From contig OX597822.1 of assembly GCA_951406725.2 (NCBI GenBank), forward strand, positions 16,182,001 through 16,246,000: a DNA stretch of 64,000 bases, written 5' to 3'. The translations under genes and the position numbers were made by a program. Under the pieces are notes generated by a model. It was given only the letters and a program-made list of their open reading frames with translations, did no database searches and had not been told where the DNA came from. The stretch comes from Octopus vulgaris (Eukaryota). Below, one piece after another: positions 57,869 to 64,000 of the stretch (its first letter is position 1; each line of letters begins with the position of its first letter).

Positions 57869-60097
57869 CATATAAAGAATGGGTTGTTCAGTGTCCTGTT
57901 CTTACTGACGATGATAGATTGTGATGTGAGAATGTTGCCTGATATTTTTAGCAGATTTTGTCGTATCACGTGGGTTGTGCCTGGCAGGTTCGAAGTAAGT
58001 TTAATTGTTTATTTACAGATGAACCCAGATCGAACAAACGTTTGTTAAAAAGCATCCCAGAGCTGTTTATCTCATTCTGTTTTGTATATTAGGAGCTATG
58101 TATGGTCTCATATATACGTTATGAGACCATATAAAGATAGAGTTTGATTAGAGAAATATAAGCATTTACTTTTATTTAGAGATGAGCTGGTATTTATTAT
58201 GGCACCCGACATGAAGCAAAATATTGTTACCGACGATAAAATAATCATACCAGATGTCTATGAGTAAACACTTTTCTTTCTCACGCCCTCTCGTTCTGTC
58301 TTAACTTTCTGTTTCATTATTTCATAGAGATGATTGGTATACAAGAGAGTGTGCAATACATGTCATTTAAGAAGAATTTTATAAGTAGTGATACGAACGA
58401 TTGACGATATTTCGATTGCATATATTGATATACTTACAAGAGCATCACTATAAAAAGGATGTGCATAATTATTTGACTTCACGAATTTCAAGGAATTCTG
58501 CAGGATTCTTTTTTTTATTTTTACAATTGCCATTAAATATATCCCACGTAGCAGAATATCGTTTATCAATAGACATTATGTGTATTCCAGCCATATGGTG
58601 ACGTAATTAAACCTGCTAATTGAAAGACTGTTCTTAACCAATCGTTCACAGAAAAAGCAATATAAAATATATTGCTCAAACATATGAGAGAATTCTTTTA
58701 ACGATTACCACAACAACGTGCTTCAAAGCGACTTTGTTCAATAAAATTCATGTCCTACAAAGAAGCTCGAAATTCGATTATACATGTCTTGACCACATGT
58801 TACCTTATTTGCAATTGTATATCTATTAATGGTGTTGTTTGTGTGTTTATACAAGTTATTTTAACTTGCGCAGGCGCTAATTTTCATAAGCAGTGAAGTA
58901 ATTAGGAGTTTTCTCTAATGCAATATTACATATAAGAAAGATATATAGATTTATTTGATATTTCTAACTATTTTATTATCGCACTCATCCTTTAGTTGCG
59001 ACACTTTACGTTCTGATTTCAAATCTCGTTCTGGTGAGATTTGGCCTTTCATCTTCTCGTAGTCATTAAAATAAATACCTCTCAGGTACTGAGTTGATAT
59101 AATCAAGTATGGCCACCTTCAAATTTGAGTATTGTGTCTATGGGGGTAATCAATATTTCAATGTAGTGTCTAATGATTAACTTAATGTCGTTAGGGAACC
59201 AGGTAAAAATTGCTACGATGATGATACAGGTCTTTGAAGTGAGTATTTCCACCTCGCTGGAAATGAATTAATTTTGAACACTCAGTATTTATTGAATATT
59301 ACATCGTTTGTGGTTTTGTGCGCCAAACTTAACCCCAAAATTTAGACAGTGACATTAGGAGATGACCATAAATTGTTCACAGTTTAAATTACAATATTTA
59401 GATATCTTTTCCATGTGTTCGTTAGATGACAGGAATTGGTTTAAGTCTAGAGAAATCAATTTATGTTAGCTGTCTTTGCTGTTCCCTCTGATATGGTCTA
59501 TCATTATAATTGCTCCAAAGATGATTAGACGGTCTTCCTTTCAAGCATTGCATATCAAGGACATTTGTTATGAATTTCTTAAGGAAGGAGGAACAGCAGT
59601 ACCGAAGAGTCTTTACAGGATCTTTGATTCTGGTGGAAGAAAAGAGAAAGGTATTCTTAATCCTAAAAAGGTGGGAAAGAGTTAGATGTATGTATCAAAC
59701 AGGCAAAATGGGTAATTTGTATACTTATTTTCAATTTAAATAAGTTGAAAATCTATAACTGTTAGTCTCCCGCACAATAAAATTTACAATCTTATTATGA
59801 AAATATGCCGTAAAATATCCCCATCCATCAATTGATAACGATAGCACTTCACTAATGAAACAAGAACTGATGATGCCCGCCGTTGAAGGATGAAACAGGT
59901 CCGAACTCCGAACAGTTGCATCAGATTTAGTTCTAACAAATTCACTTGAGGTTTTGGTTGTATAGTTAAGCCGAATGACTAGTTAAGTCTCATGCAAGTT
60001 AGCCACTCAAAGCGCAAAGGACGGAGCAAACTTCACAAGATATATTGCCCGCCAGACGATTTGATATTTCTAGCGGTCCACCGCCGTAGATTTTTCT

Positions 60098-60304
60098 ACT
60101 CTAGGCACAAAGGCGGAAAATTTGGAAAGGAGGAAACCAGTCGATTAGATCTACCTCAGAATGCAACTGATACTTGATATATCGACCCCGAAGGGGTGAA
60201 AGGCAAAGTCGACCTCGGTGGAATGTGAACTCAGAACGTAAAGACAGACTAAATACTGCTAAGCCTTTCGCCCGGCGTGCTAACGTTTCTGCCAGCTCGC
60301 CGCT
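60098..60304 (-). mobile_element. SINE family C
   Basis: Matches the 23470-23696 copy. Confidence 0.8.
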
Positions 60305-60905
60305 TTCGCACCGAAATCTTTCGTCGCTTCTTTATAAGTTTGTTCGATTCGTTCAGATGACTGGTTTGTGAGAAAATAAGATATTTGTGAGACTGGTGAA
60401 TTACAATTGTTACACGAGTTTTGTTGTTTGGTTTATTAGGGAGACTCATTATTTATAGAATCAGCTTCTTTGTATTGCAAACTTCTACACATTATGGTTT
60501 CAAAATTTTGGAAGGGAGGAGGCTAGTCGTCTACATTAACCCCCAGTGCACAACTGGTATTATTTTATTGACTCGAAAGGATGAAAGGCAAAGTCGAACT
60601 CAGCAGAATTTTAACTGAGAACGTAAAAACGGACGAAATGACGCAGATAACATAGAACAATGTAAAAGTACAGAGTACTGTGCTGATTATAGTTCGAGGA
60701 TTAATCGTGCTGTGGGAAGGTCGTGGTGGAAGTTCTAATATGGTAGATAGCACATTACAGAACTGTGATAAATGATATCTTACAAGGGATTTATTTTTGT
60801 TTAAATCGCATTTAAAATAATTGAACAACTTTGAATATGACTTATAATTCCATGTCATAAATTGTTTACCATGGCAACATAACAGGAATATATTTATTAA
60901 ACATA

Positions 60906-61078
60906 GGCACAGGAGTGGCTGGGTGGGAAGTAGCTTGCTTACAAACAACATGGTTCCGGGTTCAGTCCCACTGCGTGGCAACTTGGGAAAGTGTCTTCTG
61001 CTATAGCATCGGGCCGACCAAAACCTTGTGAGTGGATTTGGTAGCGGGAAACTGAAAGAAGCCCGTCGAATATATATG

Positions 61079-61143
<65 letters not shown>

Positions 61144-61657
61144 GTCCAACATCGCTTGACAACCGGTGCAGGCAACGGCCGATTGCGGCGGGCATTCGCC
61201 CGCTTTCTACCGCCTTCGCCCGCAGTTCCGCCGCGCTACCGCGAGGCTCGATTGGGACTTAGGCGAAACTCGCGATCGATGCCGTCAGTCGCCGGGAGTG
61301 CGTGGCGATATGCACCGGGTAAAAACAGCGACGTGGTCCGACCCGTGAGCAAGGAGGTGCTCGGACCGTAAGCAAACGGATCGGCCCCGGCTGGATAGTC
61401 ACGCCTCTAGGTGACCGTCGCACCCCAAGGGGGTCCAGACTAATATGTAGGGTTGTGGTTGATCGGCATAGGTTAGCGTCTCGGAAGGATGTCCTCGTAG
61501 CTCCTTTTCTGATGACGGTTAGCTCCCCGTTTGCCGGTGCAAGATCGATTCTACACGGCCGGCGCGTCCTCGAATTTCCGCCGCCGAACCGCCCGCCTTT
61601 TCAGACGTCCCCGTAACTTCGCAGTTCGGTAAAAGAGACCGATAGAATAAGTACTAG
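60906..61657 (+). mobile_element. SINE family A interrupted by a 432-bp GC-rich insert (61173-61604)
   Basis: The family consensus ..ACAACCGATGCTGG|TGTGTTT|ACGTCCCC.. is split here. The SINE resumes at 61605 and stops at 61657. Confidence 0.85.
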
Positions 61658-62811
61658 TTTCCAGGTGACGAGAAGAGAAATAAAGAAAAACGCTTTGCAC
61701 ACACGAGCGACAACGGAGGTTACTGTGAGCCTGGATTATTCGATCCTAATATATCTGTATGTGTAAGGCTTTTCTCGCTTCCGTCAATTGTGTCTCTATC
61801 GGTCCGTGAAAGATGAGAGTGTGTGCTTTGCTTACGTTTTAGTTTTTGTGGATGTGTTTTTTTATGTAATGTTACAAACAGTGGGTGGATGTTATAGATG
61901 GTTTCGCATCGTGTATGCGTAATTTATGTATGTGTGTGTGTGTGTGAGTTTGTGCGTGTGTGTTTGTGAATATGTGTGCGTATGTATGTGTTTGGTACTG
62001 GTTTGTGTGACTTGGTTTTGACTTGATGAATGTATTCGTGGTGTTGTTATGAGAAGGATGTATCTTTGCGTGTGTGTAGATGATTGCACTGTGTCGAGTG
62101 TGTAGGAAATGTTTTATGTGCGCGCGCATATTTTTTTTTTTTTGTGTTATTGACTAAGTGTTTGGTGTGGGTCATGTTCGGTTTTGCGCTATGTTCGGTT
62201 ACATACTCGTGCATGCTGTGCGAAGAACTACGCCGTGAAGACATTTATCAAAACTAACGCAGAATATCTAAATACTTCTAACCAAATAGCACCACGAGCG
62301 CAAAAGTGCACCCCCCGCCACACTACCAACCAACACACGTAACCCAACAGAAACAAACGCACACGCGCACACTCCGCAACTAACAACTCCACTTGTGTAA
62401 ACATGGACAAAACAAACAAACAAAAACACACACACACGCTCCGCTTCCACGCCTTCCTACACACAATCAGTCTCTTACGCATGACGTTGGCAAACACTTG
62501 CCTTGCAGACCTCGTTGCACGTCTACACATGATATACAAATGTTCCCTCACACAATATTTAAACAACACTCTCTACTACAACAAAACAGACACTCAAACA
62601 GGCCAAAGCAAATCTGCACACACACAAACAACCACCGCTAATTTACAGCCACAGACACTGTTTCGAAATTACCTCCCTTTACACATTCATCAAATGAAAA
62701 CTAAATCGTAAAGACGTTCCGTTCAGATGACAACAGACACACACACGCACACACGCACACACACACACACGCACACACAGGAAAATAACATCAACAACAA
62801 ACGATATACTT

Positions 62812-62965
62812 TTTATGCTACTTGTTTCAGTCGTTAGCCTGCGGCCATGCTGGAGCATTGCATTGAACGTATCGATTCCAGCACCTTTTTATGAATGGTA
62901 CTTTTATCTCTCTCTCTCTCTCTCTATTATTGAACCGTTATGTAACGGGGACATAAGCAAACCAA
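62812..62965 (-). mobile_element. SINE family A 3' fragment, degenerate
   Basis: CTTGTTTCAGTC..GCGGCCATGCTGGAGCA matches the family tail. Confidence 0.65.
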
Positions 62966-64000
62966 TATGTGTCTATTCTTTAGGTGTAACAGTCGGTAAC
63001 TGCCGCGGCCTATCGGCCAGAAAGTTCTTCCGCGTGCGCAGGAAAGGTGGCGCCACCTTTCGTTCAAAAGATTTTGCCTAAAACGATTCTGCCCACGCGG
63101 CATTAGTTTTGTCGACAAAAGAATCAAGTCGGATTCTTTGTGAACGCATCCGTACGTACAGACATGCGCACACACTCTATGGTACAGGTTGTGCATGGAT
63201 GTATAGATGTACGTACACAAATACATTTTTAGACATACATTTCAGCCTTTGGACATCCTTTCAATCGTATATTTAAAAAATTCTTTAAAATAAAAGACAC
63301 CAAAGCATACAATATGATTAAGGTACACATGGACTTAATGACTGCAGTGATAAGAATTTAAGCTTGTAATTATCGCTTTTACATAACAGCATAACATACT
63401 AAGTGGTGAAACAATAATTTATTTTTCTGTCAATAACGAAAGAAAATATATTGTTTTCTGAAAATAAACTTGATTAAAAAGTTATAGATCTGTTGTAGTT
63501 TCATAAATAAAATAAATAGCGCGATTTTATCTTCTTAGTTAAGCTATTTATGAAGAAATTTAAGTGCTAAATATTGGAATAGGAACAAACTTGAATACCT
63601 CCGTAGATTAACGAAATATACAGAACCATTACAGCATAAAGCACATTCATGGACATTTGGAGATATTATTTCAACAACTAATGCCGTCATATTAAATGTC
63701 AGACAAAGTAATTCGATTTTCTATCATTGTTAACGTTTCTATTTTTATTGTAAATGTTAAATTACAAAGCATATATTAATAATAATAATAATCATTGTTT
63801 CAACTCCAGGCACAGGCCTAAAATTTTGGGGGAGTGAAATTACATGACTACACCAATACTGTGTTCCACTGTTACTTTTTTATCGACCCAGGAAGGGTAG
63901 AAAGGTGATATTTTAACTCAGAAGAAATGCCGAGTAGCATTTTGTACGGCTTGCTAAAGATTCTTATTTATTTATTGCCCACAAGGGGCTAAACATAGAG

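Noticed and set aside
61509-61575. CTGATGA in the GC-rich insert as a hammerhead
   Set aside because: No correctly placed GAAA, stem II or stem I partner.

Overview
AT-rich, microsatellite-dense eukaryotic DNA with no recognisable host protein-coding gene. The SINE families resemble those I recall from Octopus, so the taxon is an inference. Nearly all interpretable sequence is transposon-derived. It includes a near full-length R4/Dong-clade RLE LINE sitting in a (TAA)n array (1272-aa ORF, but RT motif YMDD changed to YMDY) and three different GIY-YIG Penelope-like element (PLE) lineages, two of them bounded by about 500-bp inverted pLTRs within (TA)n. There are also several small fold-back (palindromic) PLE-like derivatives, mariner and Helitron remnants, decayed CR1/L2-, RTE- and R4-like LINE pieces, and many SINEs from three families. 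The most notable signal is a set of about a dozen minimal type I hammerhead ribozyme (HHR) motifs, several with non-canonical cores. One tiny TSD-flanked fold-back family carries a compensatory G3:C8 swap (GUGAACA) in all three copies. Fold-back junctions repeatedly fall on short hairpins, in one case inside hammerhead stem II. An anomalous GC-rich insert and a noisy mirror-composition tract at 61.2-63.2 kb may be assembly artefacts. All calls were made by eye; no searches or folding programs were run.
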